A stretch of DNA of 50,495 bases. Origin: a virus. Its lineage: Duplodnaviria > Caudoviricetes. Location of the stretch: positions 1 through 50,495 of IMG/VR virus record IMGVR_UViG_3300045284_000404. One strand, written 5' to 3'. A program made the translations under genes and the position numbers. Below are positions 7,882 to 18,505 of this stretch, piece after piece (positions within the stretch are counted from its first letter, which is position 1; the number at the start of each line of letters is the position of its first letter). The notes under the pieces were generated by a model, which saw only the letters and a program-made list of their open reading frames with translations, did no database searches and had not been told where the DNA came from.

Positions 7882-9554
7882 TGGCGATCCTGGCTCCCGA
7901 GTTGAAGGAAGAGATCTTTGCGGAAGGACTGGCAGACCCGGTTTACTTCTGCAGAGTGATCTTGGGTGAGTGGTTCCCGAAGGCCATGCCTTGGTTTCAT
8001 CGGGGACTTCTTGCGCTTTTGACTCGGGAGACGGACTTTCTTTTGAGGTTTGGGCGGGAAGAGTGGAAAGCAGAGTCGGGATTTGTCTGGGATCAATCAG
8101 GGCTAGACAAAATAATCAAGCATTTCGTCTGGCGAATGGACCCAAACGACCCAGAGGCACCAGAATTGCCCCTGTTCGTGCAGAAAGAGGGAAAAATCCT
8201 GCTTCAGGTAAGTCAAATTCAGCAGGAGATCATTCCACGCGGCTTCAGCAAGACCACCCTCTGCAATGCCGTGGTCATCCGTGCGGTTGTATACCGGCTA
8301 AAACGGTTTATTGCCTTGATCGCAGAGACTGGACCCCACGCCGCGGCACAGCTTTCCAATGTGAAGACACAACTCGGGGAGAATGAGCTTCTTATTCAGG
8401 TCTATGGGGCATTGGCACCAGACCGGCAGCATCCGAATCCCTGGCGTGAGAACGAGGCTCAGGCACTGAATGGGATCTGGATGATCGCCCGAGGCCGAGG
8501 CGGGCAGATCCGGGGTCTGAATAGGAATGCCAAGCGGCCAGACCTCATCATCGTGGACGACGTTGAGGATGAGGAGTCGGTATTGACTCCAGAACAGCGG
8601 AAGAAGACTGTTAAGTGGATCATGTCGGCTGTTAGACCGGCACTTCCTCGGAATGATCCGAATGCCTTTATCCAGATCCTCGGGACAATGCTGCACCCAG
8701 AGTGTATGTTGGTCACACTGAGCAAGGATCCGACCGTGATCACAGTGAAGTTCGGGGCGATCGACCCAGATAAGGACATGCTCTGGGCTGCGCACATGAG
8801 CCGGAAGGGGTATGATAGTCTGAGGGAATCTTACCGGAGTGTGGGTGCCCTTGCGGACTTCAGCCGGGAATTCGACTCCGCGATTTCTAATGACGAGCAG
8901 CAGATCTTCGATACTTCGAGGATTGTTTACCAGGTAAAGGGAATAAAGCAGTTCGTCGGGCGAGCAATAGCCATTGATCCAGCTATCAGCGAGGAACTCT
9001 CTGCTGACTTCTGTGCCTTCGCCGTGGTGGGGATGGAAGATACCGGGCTCATCCATGTTCTTGACTTCTACATGAAACGAGGAATGAACCCGAGGGAGCA
9101 GATTGACAAGTTCTTCGAGCTGAAGGTAATGTGGGAATGCACAGCTGCAGGAGTGGAGAGTGTTGCCTACCAGAAAGCCCTTGTTCATCTCATTAGAGAG
9201 GAAATGTTCCGGAAGGCACGGCAGTATGGAGATCACTCTTACTTCGAAGTTACGCCAATTACTCACTCGAGGGATGCGGACAAAATCACCCGAGTTCAGG
9301 GCGTCTTGGCTCCTCGGTACTCTGCCGGATACATTACTCATCAGCGTCGGTTCCCAGACCTGGAAGCCCAATTGCAAGATTGGCCGTACGGTAAGGTTGA
9401 TGGACCAGATGCTGTTGCGATGGCCATCACTTTGCTTGACCCGTATGCCGGTACTGCACTCGGCTCGGACGTTCTTGGTAAGAAAATTGGAGAAGATAGC
9501 TGGAACTCAGACGAAGAATTGATCGGTGGGGACTGGAGAGTTAGAGGGATCTGA
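7881..9554 (+). CDS. terL: Terminase large subunit
   Basis: Walker A IPRGFSKTT, Walker B LIIVDDVE, LGT coupling motif, RNase H-like AIDPA...D...DGPDA. Confidence 0.95.
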   Translation: MAILAPELKEEIFAEGLADPVYFCRVILGEWFPKAMPWFHRGLLALLTRETDFLLRFGREEWKAESGFVWDQSGLDKIIKHFVWRMDPNDPEAPELPLFVQKEGKILLQVSQIQQEIIPRGFSKTTLCNAVVIRAVVYRLKRFIALIAETGPHAAAQLSNVKTQLGENELLIQVYGALAPDRQHPNPWRENEAQALNGIWMIARGRGGQIRGLNRNAKRPDLIIVDDVEDEESVLTPEQRKKTVKWIMSAVRPALPRNDPNAFIQILGTMLHPECMLVTLSKDPTVITVKFGAIDPDKDMLWAAHMSRKGYDSLRESYRSVGALADFSREFDSAISNDEQQIFDTSRIVYQVKGIKQFVGRAIAIDPAISEELSADFCAFAVVGMEDTGLIHVLDFYMKRGMNPREQIDKFFELKVMWECTAAGVESVAYQKALVHLIREEMFRKARQYGDHSYFEVTPITHSRDADKITRVQGVLAPRYSAGYITHQRRFPDLEAQLQDWPYGKVDGPDAVAMAITLLDPYAGTALGSDVLGKKIGEDSWNSDEELIGGDWRVRGI

Positions 9555-11590
9555 TGGTAGCGAAATTTGGCGTACCTGAGAGCGAGAAGCAGCCTAAGTT
9601 CCGAGAGCCGGATAAGGGCAAGCTTCCCATCGATCTGCTGGCTCCGAACTCTCCAAGACACTCTGCCGTAAAGGATTACTTGATCCAGAGGCTCGAAGCG
9701 TCTGAACGGGCGATGGGGAAGAGGTATTCGAGATGGCGACTCAACGAACTGCAATTCCAGGCGTACATCTCTCTCGCGGAACACGAGAAGATTCTCAAGA
9801 GCGCAAAACTCTCACGGTCTATGCCGGAGATTTCAAGCCTGGTGATCCCTTACTCGTACTCGACTATCATGGCAATTGTCACGTATCTATTGCAGGTCTT
9901 TGCTGGATCAGATCCCATCTTCAAGGTGAACGCAACGAAGTCTTCCTCGATGATGGCCCAAGAGTACATGGAGCTTGCCCTCAAGCACAATACCACGCAT
10001 ACTCGGATGGTCCTGAAAATCTTTCAGTTCCTGTTGGACAGTCAGATCTACAATCTGGGAGTGATGCGGAACCTCTGGAGTGTGGAGGAGCGCTTTACTA
10101 CAGTGCTGAAACCAGCGATGATGCCGGGGCCGATGGGAATGATGCCGGATTTCAGCCAGCCGAGAACAAGGCAGCGGGAGATGGCAGTGGTGTTCGAGGG
10201 GACAAACGTCACGAACGTTGATCCCTTTATGTTCTTCCCGGATCCTCGAGTGGCACCAGTGGAAGTGAGCCGGAAGGGGGAATTTGTCTTCTGGCGGGAC
10301 TTCACCGGGAGGCACATTCTCGAGGAGCAGCAGTCAAAAGGCATGATCAAGTTCCTGGATGACGTTGGAGACCGGCCGAAGGCCTCGATGTACACCGGGG
10401 ACTCAGACGTGCCGAACAGCAATCGGAACTCGGCGGTCAAGGAAGATTCCTCCAATCCGAACCGGCGACCAGACGGAGCACTGGAGGATTTCATCCAGCT
10501 AGATCAGGGATCGATCGCGATCATTCCGAGCAAACTGGGCTTGGCCGACTCTGACGTTCCTGAAAAGTGGCTCTTTACCATTGCGAACAAAAACCAGATC
10601 ATTCAGGCGGAGCCCCTCGACCTCGATCATGGGAACCATCCGGTCTGTGTCACAGAGCCATATTCCATGGGCTACAGTCCGGGTGGAATGTCGATGGTGG
10701 AGATGCTGGAGCCGATTCAGGAAGGCATGTCGTGGCTGCTGAATAGCCACATCCACAATATCAGAGGCATTATCAACAATTCCTTCATCCTCGATCCCAA
10801 CGCCGTGGATATGACGAGTTTCAAAGATGGAAGACCTGGAAAGCTCATTAAGCTCAAGCCATCTGCAGTGGGTCGTGATGTGCGGACAGTCATCCAGCAG
10901 CTGCAAATGTACGATGCGACCGCGCAGCACGTTACGGATATTGAAGTCCTCAGAAGGCTCGGAGATACAATTTCGGCTGTCAATGATAATCTGCGAGGAG
11001 TGCAACAAGCGGGGGGACGTAAGACTGCAACTGAGGTCAGGACGGCAACAGAAAACGGTGCTTCAAGACTGGTTATGCAGGCTCGGCTTATTTCGTCCCA
11101 GGCCATGGTGGACCAAGCGGAGCAGATGTGCATAAACATGCAGCAGCTGACGACAGAGCCATTCTTTATGAAGGTCGTGGGGCCGGAGGGAATGGACAAG
11201 CTGATGCAGATCGGGCCAGAGAACCTGATCGGGGACTTCAACTTCCCGGTTACAGATGGCACGCTGCCACTGGATAAGATCGCGATTCTTGATGTCTGGA
11301 AAGAGATCTTCCAGATCGTGGCGACGAACCCGATGCTCCAACAGCAATACGATCTGAGCCAGATTTTCGACTTCGTGGCGGAATTGAGCGGAGCACGGAA
11401 CTTGGATAAATTCAAAATGGCACCTCCGATGGGGATGCCAGGGATGCCGCCAGGAATGCCTGGGGATCCGAATGCGATGCAGGGACAAGCGGAGGCTGGA
11501 AATGTCGTACCTATCTTTGGTGGGCCTGGACCCAATGGAGGAAGAGGCATTCCTGACTTTGCAGCAGGTGGAGGCGGACCTCCATCGTGA
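9554..11590 (+). CDS. Portal protein
   Basis: Follows TerL, 678 aa, VDPFMFFPDP, KTATEV motifs, Pro/Gly-rich tail. Confidence 0.9.
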   Translation: MVAKFGVPESEKQPKFREPDKGKLPIDLLAPNSPRHSAVKDYLIQRLEASERAMGKRYSRWRLNELQFQAYISLAEHEKILKSAKLSRSMPEISSLVIPYSYSTIMAIVTYLLQVFAGSDPIFKVNATKSSSMMAQEYMELALKHNTTHTRMVLKIFQFLLDSQIYNLGVMRNLWSVEERFTTVLKPAMMPGPMGMMPDFSQPRTRQREMAVVFEGTNVTNVDPFMFFPDPRVAPVEVSRKGEFVFWRDFTGRHILEEQQSKGMIKFLDDVGDRPKASMYTGDSDVPNSNRNSAVKEDSSNPNRRPDGALEDFIQLDQGSIAIIPSKLGLADSDVPEKWLFTIANKNQIIQAEPLDLDHGNHPVCVTEPYSMGYSPGGMSMVEMLEPIQEGMSWLLNSHIHNIRGIINNSFILDPNAVDMTSFKDGRPGKLIKLKPSAVGRDVRTVIQQLQMYDATAQHVTDIEVLRRLGDTISAVNDNLRGVQQAGGRKTATEVRTATENGASRLVMQARLISSQAMVDQAEQMCINMQQLTTEPFFMKVVGPEGMDKLMQIGPENLIGDFNFPVTDGTLPLDKIAILDVWKEIFQIVATNPMLQQQYDLSQIFDFVAELSGARNLDKFKMAPPMGMPGMPPGMPGDPNAMQGQAEAGNVVPIFGGPGPNGGRGIPDFAAGGGGPPS

Positions 11591-11786
11591 GACGGCATTT
11601 GTGTGGATTTTGCGGTGGCTGGACAAGGTGGACGGTGACCTGAAGGGTCAGATCCTGCACGGAAATTCGATGGAACAGCCTGTGGAGATCGTAAAGTGGC
11701 AGGCAAAACGGGAGCTGATCGAGTCCCTCTTCGGCGAGATCGAGAACATAAGGAACTTGGAAAATGGCAATCAAGGGATTCAGTGA
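11502..11786 (+). CDS. Small helical head-module protein
   Basis: GGAGG RBS before ATG 11502; sits between portal and scaffold as in many podoviruses. Confidence 0.7.
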   Translation: MSYLSLVGLDPMEEEAFLTLQQVEADLHRETAFVWILRWLDKVDGDLKGQILHGNSMEQPVEIVKWQAKRELIESLFGEIENIRNLENGNQGIQ

Positions 11787-12765
11787 AGAAATCGTACAAG
11801 CGATGGACTTTGACCCATTTGCAGAGCTTGGCTCCGATGGCGGAACCGAGAACAGAGCACCTCGGGCACCAGTCCCAGGAGCGCGGGACGGAACCGGAGG
11901 AGGGCAGCAGCCCCAACAAGTTGCGGTCCCTACCAAAGATCCAGTAACTGGGAGATTCCTGCCTGCAGGAGGGACTCCTACACAAAGGGCGAAAGCCCAA
12001 ACCCTAGGGCGAGATGTCAGCCCTGACGGCGCAAGACAAGGACAGCCGAGGGAAGCCCAACGGGTACCCACTGCCCCGCCTGTGAGGCCGGACGAACCAG
12101 TAGATCCGCAAGGAGGAACTCCTCCGGCTGGGAACTCTGTGCAGGAACTGATGGAGAGGGTGAAACAGGCTGGTCCTGTTATGCCGACTACACCAGTTCA
12201 GCAAGAGCCTGGACCTGGACAGAGACCTCAACCACAATTCCCACGGTATGACTACTCGAAGCCTTGGACTGATCAGAAAGTGCAGTTGCCAGCAGAATTG
12301 CTGGATGCGATCTTTCACGAAGACCGCTCTGTGGCTGCACAGGGGATGGATGTACTCGTGAATACGATGTACAACTCTCTCGCGAATGAGATCCATACCC
12401 GGATCGCTGCCATCGTGCATCAGGTGCCTCAGGTTCTGGAAAATATGACGGACATGAGGATGGGACAGAGGCAACTGAGGGACAAGTTCTATGGGCAGTT
12501 TCCAGAACTTGCCAACCCTCAGGGGATGCAGACGGTCTACAGCATCGCGCAAAATGTGGCGGCGCTGTATCAGAACATGGGCCAGGAAGTAGATCCGATG
12601 TCTGACGACTTTGTGAACTACGTTGGAGAACAGGCCAGGCAAGTGCTTGGGATTGCTCCAGCGCCACAGAGGCAGCCTCGGAGACAGTTCCAGCCGGGTG
12701 GTGGTACTCGGAATGGTGGAGGATCGAACGGGAACCCCTTTATGGAGGCCATAGGTTTGGCCTAA
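11764..12765 (+). CDS. Capsid scaffolding protein
   Basis: Position before the capsid gene, disordered N-half with RDPVTGRF-like motif (KDPVTGRF), helical C-half. Confidence 0.75.
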   Translation: MAIKGFSEEIVQAMDFDPFAELGSDGGTENRAPRAPVPGARDGTGGGQQPQQVAVPTKDPVTGRFLPAGGTPTQRAKAQTLGRDVSPDGARQGQPREAQRVPTAPPVRPDEPVDPQGGTPPAGNSVQELMERVKQAGPVMPTTPVQQEPGPGQRPQPQFPRYDYSKPWTDQKVQLPAELLDAIFHEDRSVAAQGMDVLVNTMYNSLANEIHTRIAAIVHQVPQVLENMTDMRMGQRQLRDKFYGQFPELANPQGMQTVYSIAQNVAALYQNMGQEVDPMSDDFVNYVGEQARQVLGIAPAPQRQPRRQFQPGGGTRNGGGSNGNPFMEAIGLA

Positions 12766-12777
12766 GGCGAAGCGACA

Positions 12778-14043
12778 ATGGCTATTATTGGACTGAGAGA
12801 CACCTCGGGGTTCACTACAAATGGTGAACGTCCGCAGAACTGGCGGGAGACCTTGCTGCTGCTGTATCCGAACAGCGCCGAAGCGGCGAAGGCTCCTCTC
12901 ACCGCCCTGACATCTCTAATGAAGGAGAAAAGCACAGACGATCCGCACTTTCACTGGTTCACAAAAACGCTCGATGATCGACGGCTTAAAGTCTCAGCCG
13001 CACTCACCGCGGGAACGCCGGGAGCAGCTGCGACTCTTACGATAGACTCGACTTACAAGCCAGCGATTATCACGTATGAGAACACTGTGCTTCTAGTGGA
13101 GCAAACCGGGGAAATGCTGTTGGTGGTTGCAGATCCGACCACGAATACAGCGATTTCCGTGACTCGTGGGTTTGCTGGGTCGACGGCAGCGGCGTGGGAT
13201 CCGGCAGTTGCCGGGACTAACCCCTACGTGCTGATTATTGGTTCAAGCATGGAGGAAGGCTCAATGCCTCCGACGGGCGTGAACTTCGATCCGGCGGAAT
13301 TGTACAACTATACTCAGATCTTCCGGCGGACCCTCGAAATTACCCGTACCGCAGCCAAGACTCGGCTCCGGACTGGCGATGCTGTGAAGGAAGCCAGAAG
13401 GGAGTGCCTGGAATACACCTCGGTGGACATGGAGCGGGCCTTCATTCTGGGCCGCAGATCTTTGAACACCTACAAGGGCAAGCCACAGAGGACGACTGGT
13501 GGTGTGGTCTGGCAGATCCAGCAGGCAGCACCGCAGAACATCTGGACCGTGCCGACGACTGGCCAGATCGACATGAACACCATTGAGACGAAGCTGGAGA
13601 CCTTGTTCCGGTACGGCTCGTATGAAAAGATGGCGTTCGCAGGAAATGGTGCCCTGTTGGCGATCCAGCAGGTCGTGAGGAAGAACACGAACTACCAGAT
13701 CTACGCGAATGAAAAAGAGTACGGGATGAAGATCACTCGACTGACCACTCCCTTTGGGGAACTGGCCATCAAGGTTCATCCCTTGTTCACGCAGAACGCC
13801 GGTGGAACGACTGCGGGTACTGCGTTTACTGCCATGAGCAACTGGATGCTCATTCTGGACATGGAGAGGGTCCGGTATCGGTATCTCACTGACTCGGACC
13901 TTGACTACCAGACCAAGCTTGAGCCGAATGGGCTGGATGGAATGCAATCTGGATACCTGGCGGAATGCGGGATCGAGATTGAGTTCGCTGAAACTTGTCA
14001 CCTGTGGAAGAATCTGGTGGCAGGTATTAAGGACACACCGTAA
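12778..14043 (+). CDS. Major capsid protein (SU10/DUF5309-like)
   Basis: EEGS..P, YNYTQIFR, DMERAFILG, RTTGG, TPFGEL..HPLF, ECGIE motifs. Confidence 0.9.
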   Translation: MAIIGLRDTSGFTTNGERPQNWRETLLLLYPNSAEAAKAPLTALTSLMKEKSTDDPHFHWFTKTLDDRRLKVSAALTAGTPGAAATLTIDSTYKPAIITYENTVLLVEQTGEMLLVVADPTTNTAISVTRGFAGSTAAAWDPAVAGTNPYVLIIGSSMEEGSMPPTGVNFDPAELYNYTQIFRRTLEITRTAAKTRLRTGDAVKEARRECLEYTSVDMERAFILGRRSLNTYKGKPQRTTGGVVWQIQQAAPQNIWTVPTTGQIDMNTIETKLETLFRYGSYEKMAFAGNGALLAIQQVVRKNTNYQIYANEKEYGMKITRLTTPFGELAIKVHPLFTQNAGGTTAGTAFTAMSNWMLILDMERVRYRYLTDSDLDYQTKLEPNGLDGMQSGYLAECGIEIEFAETCHLWKNLVAGIKDTP

Positions 14044-14087
14044 GTTAGCGTGGGACCGTTCACATAATGTGAATGAGCCCACTTAAC
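14044..14087 (+). promoter_or_regulatory. Dispersed motif copy 1, folded as a hairpin after the capsid gene
   Basis: GTGGGACCGTTCACATAATGTGAATGAGCCCAC. Confidence 0.6.
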
Positions 14088-14109
14088 CTGGACTTCTGGG
14101 AGTACCCCG

Positions 14110-14739
14110 ATGAAGTTGGAAGATTTCCACTCGATGGTTAGCTTCGAGCTGAAGCGGGGTACTTCGCAGGACGCGATGATACCAGCATACGTGAAGCAGG
14201 CGGTCAGTTTTTTAGAGCGAAATGCTCCCCTGAAGTATATGGAAGAGATGGTAATGGTGCAGCTGGAGCCTGGGGACCAGCTGGTGGACTTCGTTTGGAG
14301 CTTTAGGAACTGGAGATACCTACGGTATGATGCGGACGGAGAGTGGTGCTATCTGCAGAAGAGAGATCCGCGGGAGGAATTGACTCCGGCGGGACCAGAG
14401 GCACCGACAAGATATTCCCAGATCGGGATGAGGTATATTCGGTTTAATGCACCCTGGAGGGGAACGGTGAACCTCCCCTTGGAGGGAATTGTTTATAAAT
14501 TTACTGATTGGCAAACGACGAGACCAGATTTCCGGCACTTTTTGCTGGAATTCGGTAGTGATCTGCTCCTCTACCAGACCATGTTAAGGATCGGGGTTGC
14601 GATTAAAGACCCTAGGTTGGACGCACTGTATCGGCCCGTCAGGGACGAGGCACTGAAGACATTCATGAGCATGGATACAGATGCGGAGTTTGATGGATCG
14701 ACAGATGACACAATGGTCTACGGGGGCATCTACGAGTAA
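14110..14739 (+). CDS. Head-tail adaptor / tail tubular protein A-like
   Basis: ~200 aa after the capsid gene, P..YSQIG...IRF..P and LLEFGSDLLLY patterns. Confidence 0.7.
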   Translation: MKLEDFHSMVSFELKRGTSQDAMIPAYVKQAVSFLERNAPLKYMEEMVMVQLEPGDQLVDFVWSFRNWRYLRYDADGEWCYLQKRDPREELTPAGPEAPTRYSQIGMRYIRFNAPWRGTVNLPLEGIVYKFTDWQTTRPDFRHFLLEFGSDLLLYQTMLRIGVAIKDPRLDALYRPVRDEALKTFMSMDTDAEFDGSTDDTMVYGGIYE

Positions 14740-14923
14740 GCCAGGGATCTGGTATCCAGGGTACTCTTTGGATCGGAAGATGCAAGGAGTGAAATCTCAT
14801 ACCCATATGGTCCCTTTGGGGTTTTGTGCGCTGGCGGTTATGCAGAGAAACCGGTATTTTTCTCTCGCGATAGCGGGTCGAGAGCGGAGCTTGCAATCCG
14901 ATGGTCTTTCAGCTTCTGAATAA
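14681..14923 (+). CDS. Possible small hypothetical protein
   Basis: Fills a 160-bp gap and overlaps both neighbours; no recognisable motif. Confidence 0.35.
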   Translation: MRSLMDRQMTQWSTGASTSKPGIWYPGYSLDRKMQGVKSHTHMVPLGFCALAVMQRNRYFSLAIAGRERSLQSDGLSASE

Positions 14924-17129
14924 TATCAAGTTCTCACTAGCGGTCCCGATGGACCCAGGTGATCTCGAACTCGTCGTGATGGACGATGACCTTTCGGACG
15001 CAGAAAGGTACGATCCGACGAAGGTCTTGAGTCTCACCCTTGTGGGTGATGAAGAGTTGAATGACTACGAGATCGTCTATGCCGTCTCGAGGACCGGCAC
15101 TACCTTCGAGGTAACCCGAGGCGAGGAGACCACAACGGCTGGGAGCTGGCCAGCAGGGACGCAGGTAATTGCGGCGCTCACGAAAGGCGTCCTCGAGGGG
15201 ACGATCTCCGCGCCAACAGCGGCGGATCAGATCACCTATGAGGGAGGGAATTTCGGCACGGCTGGAACGGTCGAAGATACCCTGGATGACATGGGTGATG
15301 CCATTATCACTATGTCAGCGGATACGGACTACTACGACAGTGTGCAACAGAGAGTTGGTGGAGGCTTGTTCTCCGGCGGTGTCATCGATACTGTGAACCT
15401 CCGTTGGCAAGGTTCTGCTAAGAAATTCACCACGGCAGGGCTTGGCGTAGTTGTGAGCACCGAAGCGTCGATTGCTAAACCGACGGTCCCTCCGGACGTT
15501 GTAATCGCGCTTCGGTGCGCTGACATTACGAACTTCGGTTCGATTGTAGTGACGGCGTATAACACGGCTGTTCCGACGAGCACTATGGTCTGGAACATCG
15601 GTGCTGGAGCGATACCACAGAACAATGCGTGGCTGCTGGCCTACGGTGGAGCTGCGGATGCAGCCCTCAGTGGGAACCCTTCCGTCGATCTGCCCGATAA
15701 GATCAAGATCGACTTTAAGGACAATGGGACTGGGGTTCTCGCGGTCTCCATAAACCATGTGGACATTGTGCCGGTCAGGCAATCGTATTTGGGTAGCTTT
15801 ATCCGAGTGCTCTCGGACGCGGACTTTGACAAGGTAAATACCATTGCGAAGTACGGCTTCCAAGTCTCAGCTGTTATCACGGTTGAAGCGTTGGTGGCAG
15901 GTACTCTGAATGTCGGGAAGATCTCCGACGCTAGGCTCGATGGACACCGGTTTTATCTGACGAGCCCGGCGAACTTTAAGGCCCAGGCAGCGAACCAAGT
16001 GACAGTTAAGTTGTTCCAAGGCGTTCGGGAGTCCTTCAATAAGGGATTTGAGCCTTATGGCTGGGTCTACAATAATGCCTATAACGGACCCTTGGACCTT
16101 GATGCAAACACCACGGTTAGGGAGCTAGTGAGTCTGGCGTATCCAAGTGCTGTCGGAGTGGGGAAATTCCGGAGTGCAGTCGAAGTATACCGGTTCACAG
16201 ATCCCCTGTATGTGGCAGCGAATCTTGCCGATGCTACAGCGGTCCTCACGGGCGCAGATAAGAGGGCGATCAATATCGACCTTAGCGCACTCACTGTGGC
16301 GAACCTTGATACTCTCTATGCGGCGATCTTGACCTCGAGGAATTTCTACGTCACGACGCTGGATTACCAGAACGCGGACAACCTCAAGTCAGGTACTGTG
16401 GATCCGGCTCGACTCCCGATTGTCCCTGTGAATAAGGGCGGCACAGGAACCTCTGACCCTGTAGCTGCTGAGGCGTTCTTTGGGGTGGTTCCGATCGGTG
16501 TGCCACTGCCATTTGCCGGGGCGACAGCTCCAGCAGGATGGGTGCTCTGTGACGGACGGTTGCTCATCAGGACAACCTATCCTCGGCTCTTTGCGGTGAT
16601 CGGGACGGTTTTCGGGAGTTCTGGGGCGACGGACTTCAGGGTGCCTGACCTGCGGGGCTTCGTAGTGGCTGGCCGGGACAACATGGGGACCGGAGCGGCA
16701 GGAAGGCTCACGGTTATTGGGAGCGCGCTTGGCACCGTGGGTGGCGAGCAGAGCCACACTTTGAGTGTAGCTGAGATGCCGTCGCACAGTCATGGAGGCG
16801 TTACCGGAAACAACAATACTGATCACGTGCATGGGATCAACCTAAACACTGGCGGAGAGAGTGCTGCCCATGCGCACCTTACACCAATGTACGGTCGCTC
16901 CGATAGTGGCAGTCCTGTTGCTGGGTCATGGGCGCAGGGTGGTAGTGCCAACTCGTACGGAAATCAGGCTACCAGTGGACAGGACACAGGGCACGTTCAC
17001 AATGTCTCGGGAAACACCGGGAACAATACCACGGATCACACTCACAACATCACCGCTCAAGGCAGTGGAACGACGCACAACAATACGCAGCTGACAATGG
17101 TTCTGAACTGGATTATTAGAGCAGTATGA
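14901..17129 (+). CDS. Tail fibre with collar domain and His-rich tip
   Basis: PIGVPLPFAGATAPAGWVLCDG...YPRLFAVIG...FRVPDLRG collar domain; EMPSHSH and HxH repeats; LNWIIR end. Confidence 0.9.
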   Translation: MVFQLLNNIKFSLAVPMDPGDLELVVMDDDLSDAERYDPTKVLSLTLVGDEELNDYEIVYAVSRTGTTFEVTRGEETTTAGSWPAGTQVIAALTKGVLEGTISAPTAADQITYEGGNFGTAGTVEDTLDDMGDAIITMSADTDYYDSVQQRVGGGLFSGGVIDTVNLRWQGSAKKFTTAGLGVVVSTEASIAKPTVPPDVVIALRCADITNFGSIVVTAYNTAVPTSTMVWNIGAGAIPQNNAWLLAYGGAADAALSGNPSVDLPDKIKIDFKDNGTGVLAVSINHVDIVPVRQSYLGSFIRVLSDADFDKVNTIAKYGFQVSAVITVEALVAGTLNVGKISDARLDGHRFYLTSPANFKAQAANQVTVKLFQGVRESFNKGFEPYGWVYNNAYNGPLDLDANTTVRELVSLAYPSAVGVGKFRSAVEVYRFTDPLYVAANLADATAVLTGADKRAINIDLSALTVANLDTLYAAILTSRNFYVTTLDYQNADNLKSGTVDPARLPIVPVNKGGTGTSDPVAAEAFFGVVPIGVPLPFAGATAPAGWVLCDGRLLIRTTYPRLFAVIGTVFGSSGATDFRVPDLRGFVVAGRDNMGTGAAGRLTVIGSALGTVGGEQSHTLSVAEMPSHSHGGVTGNNNTDHVHGINLNTGGESAAHAHLTPMYGRSDSGSPVAGSWAQGGSANSYGNQATSGQDTGHVHNVSGNTGNNTTDHTHNITAQGSGTTHNNTQLTMVLNWIIRAV

Positions 17130-18505
17130 AACCGCTGATTGACATACAACCCGGCGAGGTGATGGGGTCTGGTGTTCTGCCAGATGCCATGAACGAAGAG
17201 ACTGTAGTATGGTCCGAGCTGAACAACGTAGTGATCGAGGCAGCAGGGATTGGGAGGCCTCTGGGAGCAGTTCGGATAGAGGATGTGACGGAGGACATAA
17301 CTCACATCGTTACACAGTCTATCACTGGCGTTGGCCCGCGAGCTACGGTTTCTGGAACCACCGCAGTGTGGGAGTGGACTGGAGGGGCTTCGCTGGCGTT
17401 GATAAATGTTCCCTGGACGACTGGAGGATACCCGGTACTGGAGACCTGGGGCGATTGGACCGTAGGAACCAACAACAAAGAGAAGCCACAGATCCGGAAA
17501 AAGACTGGGACTTTTGGAGATCTGGCCGGGATCAACTTCGCTCGGTGTAAGCAACTTATCAGGAAGTCTCCATATATGCTGGCGCTAAACACGGACATTG
17601 GGGTGACTGAAGTAAAGTGGTGTACAGCTAGCGATGTGGAAACCTGGCTTCCGAAGCCGGAGAACTCGGCTGGGGACTTCGTGATCCGGGATGTTGCAGG
17701 GGAGATCAAAGGTGGGTGTCCCCTAGGGGATGCGATTGCTATCTACTCGGATGAAGCGCTCACTATGGCGACATACGTTGGACTTCCGTATGTCTTCAGC
17801 CTCGTGACTACGCTCTATGGGATCGGTATCTACGGGCCTAAGAGTGTCTGTGCCTTCGCACGGAAGAACTACGGGATTGGACCACAGGGAATCTTTGTCA
17901 CGGACGGTTATACGTTCGAACTCCTCGGTGATGACAACTTCAGAAAGTGGCTCAAGCGGAGTGTCGATGACTCCCTGTGGGACCAGATCACAGTGTTCCA
18001 TAATGAGTTCACAGACACCGTGGAGTTTCACTTTCCAGACAAGGCAAATCCTGGCCTCTACATCACCTTGTACTGGAAGATCGACGCAAACAAGTTCACT
18101 ACTGGAGATCTCCGGATAAACGCTGCCATGGAGCGGGAGGCATTCAAGTTTCCCCTCGTAGCCGTGGGCAAGAGCCTGTGCTATATGACTCGAGATGTTC
18201 CGACGTGGAACGGGATTTTGTTCAAGAGCCGAGCCCAGACGAAGTGGATGGACTGCGGGACAGTGGATAATGACAAATTCCTGGATCATGTGTTCCTGAA
18301 TGGACAGATTGAGAACCTGGACCTTCAGGTAGAGATGGAAGACATGGACCAGGTTCAACGGGAAGTCTTTGCGATGCAGGACGCAGAAAGGAGGAACTTT
18401 ATTCTTCAGGAGGATCACAAGATCCGGGTAACTCTGGAGGCTGATGGGGACTTCCACCTTAGTCGCCTCCGCCTTTTTGGTGACGTTGGTGCCTCTACGA
18501 CATGA
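17126..18505 (+). CDS. Tail tubular/nozzle (P22 gp10-like stabilisation) protein
   Basis: Beta-rich 459 aa, VKWC...W.P..ENSAGDF, YVGLPYVF patterns. Confidence 0.75.
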   Translation: MKPLIDIQPGEVMGSGVLPDAMNEETVVWSELNNVVIEAAGIGRPLGAVRIEDVTEDITHIVTQSITGVGPRATVSGTTAVWEWTGGASLALINVPWTTGGYPVLETWGDWTVGTNNKEKPQIRKKTGTFGDLAGINFARCKQLIRKSPYMLALNTDIGVTEVKWCTASDVETWLPKPENSAGDFVIRDVAGEIKGGCPLGDAIAIYSDEALTMATYVGLPYVFSLVTTLYGIGIYGPKSVCAFARKNYGIGPQGIFVTDGYTFELLGDDNFRKWLKRSVDDSLWDQITVFHNEFTDTVEFHFPDKANPGLYITLYWKIDANKFTTGDLRINAAMEREAFKFPLVAVGKSLCYMTRDVPTWNGILFKSRAQTKWMDCGTVDNDKFLDHVFLNGQIENLDLQVEMEDMDQVQREVFAMQDAERRNFILQEDHKIRVTLEADGDFHLSRLRLFGDVGASTT

